Shown here one piece after another: positions 62,938 to 64,000 of a stretch of DNA of 64,000 bases. Position 1 is the stretch's first letter. Every line of letters begins with the position of its first letter. The DNA comes from Escherichia coli (GTDB lineage: Bacteria; Pseudomonadota; Gammaproteobacteria; Enterobacterales; Enterobacteriaceae), in NCBI RefSeq assembly GCF_003018235.1, contig NZ_CP027437.1, one strand, 5' to 3'. The notes under the pieces are model-generated. The model was given only the letters and a program-made list of their open reading frames with translations. It did not search any database and had not been told where the DNA came from. The position numbers and the translations under genes were made by a program.

Positions 62938-63636
62938 TTACTCGCCCTGTTGGCGTTGCAGTCTTGCTAATACATCCTGGGCGCTACTTTTATTGCTACC
63001 GCCTATTCCGGCTTCCGCCAGCTTTTCATCAAGATCGCGACCGTCTGCGACTTTTTCCAACTGTGCAGCAGCATCCAGACGAGCCTGACGTTCGGCCTGA
63101 CGCGTTTGCAGGCGTTTTAAGGATTCTGCCGCTGTCGAAACGCTGGAAGATGCGCCAACGGTAGAGGTCGTTACAGCCTGTTGTGCACGCTGCATGGCTT
63201 CAGTGGCTTTAACGACTTCCATTTGCTGCTCAAACTGAGCGATACGCTGCGCTGTCGCTGTAACTGCTTTTTCCACGCCATCACGAGAGACTTCCAGATT
63301 CGACAACACTTGCTCTTCAGCGGTAATGAGATTCTCGAGGCGCGCGATTTCTTCAGCAACTTCGTTAATCAACGACGGATTAACGTTCTTGCTTAACGCT
63401 TTCAGCGCACGAGCTTCCAGACTGGCTTTGCGCTCACGTAAATCTTTCAGCTTATCGTGACTTAATTTCACCCGCGCCAGCAGATCAACGCGAGATTTTC
63501 CGGCTTTATCGAGTTCAGCTTTAGCGTCACGAATATGCTGTTCCAGCATGCGCACGCCCTGGGTTTCTTCAATGGATTCTTCCGCCTGGGAGATAAACGA
63601 TTTCCCCAGCGTAAATAAACTTTTTAAAATTCCCAT
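62938..63636 (-). CDS. yjfJ: PspA/IM30 (ESCRT-III-like) family protein
   Basis: 232-aa coiled-coil ORF with PspA-like heptad pattern. Confidence 0.8.
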   Translation of the reverse strand: MGILKSLFTLGKSFISQAEESIEETQGVRMLEQHIRDAKAELDKAGKSRVDLLARVKLSHDKLKDLRERKASLEARALKALSKNVNPSLINEVAEEIARLENLITAEEQVLSNLEVSRDGVEKAVTATAQRIAQFEQQMEVVKATEAMQRAQQAVTTSTVGASSSVSTAAESLKRLQTRQAERQARLDAAAQLEKVADGRDLDEKLAEAGIGGSNKSSAQDVLARLQRQQGE

Positions 63637-63654
63637 AAATACCCGTCCTTGTAA

Positions 63655-64000
63655 TTAGTGTGAATATTCTTCTGTAATTTCAGCCAGATCCAATGCGTTA
63701 TCTACCAGCGAGGTTATCTCAAGCAGGATATCTTCAAGAGAAGATTTAAGCGATAACGCCCCGAAAACAATGTAATACTCTTCCTGTTGTACGCTGGAGA
63801 TCCCTACCGATGACAACGGCATCATCTTCTGATTTCTTAATAAGAAGGTATTAAATTCATCTGGATTGCTGATACTACTCACCGGACAAATAAAGGTTTC
63901 GATAATCATTTGGCGGGAAGTAAAAAGAATATTGATTTGCAAATCGCCATAATCATTCATTTTAATAATTAATGCGTTCTCGCTATTTGTTACATCAATA
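63655..64000 (-). CDS. yjfI: uncharacterised protein (DUF2170), 5' end beyond window
   Basis: Reading frame is open through the window edge at 64000; the Met at 63960 is probably internal. Confidence 0.7.
   Translation of the reverse strand, partial: IDVTNSENALIIKMNDYGDLQINILFTSRQMIIETFICPVSSISNPDEFNTFLLRNQKMMPLSSVGISSVQQEEYYIVFGALSLKSSLEDILLEITSLVDNALDLAEITEEYSH

Overview
This window reads as Escherichia coli chromosome from the pyrBI / mgtA / treRBC / nrdDG / tamAB / rpsF-rplI / ulaABCDEF-ulaGR / aidB region (about 85 genes, gene order recognised from memory of K-12, no search was run). Most of it is ordinary core genome. Two things look like accessory insertions. (1) An IS110-family (IS621-like) element at about 1978-3257, inserted into a REP palindrome between ridA and mgtA. 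Its 192-bp non-coding left end folds into a two-loop RNA carrying short sequences that match both the flanking target and the element's own ends; this is the bridge (guide) RNA of an RNA-programmed recombinase, and is the most interesting system in the window. (2) A RelB/RelE-like toxin-antitoxin pair with an operator-like repeat array, wedged between nrdG and an intact cybC. Smaller observations include the mgtL leader peptide, candidate FNR, NrdR and TreR sites, the chpSB toxin-antitoxin pair, AT-rich orphan genes (ytfI, yjfZ), the ytfA pseudogene remnant, REP/BIME clusters and the uncharacterised yjfIJKLMC cluster. No rRNA, tRNA, CRISPR array or prophage was seen. All coordinates come from the supplied ORF track plus manual reading; start codons were adjusted where the ORF track over-extended upstream.
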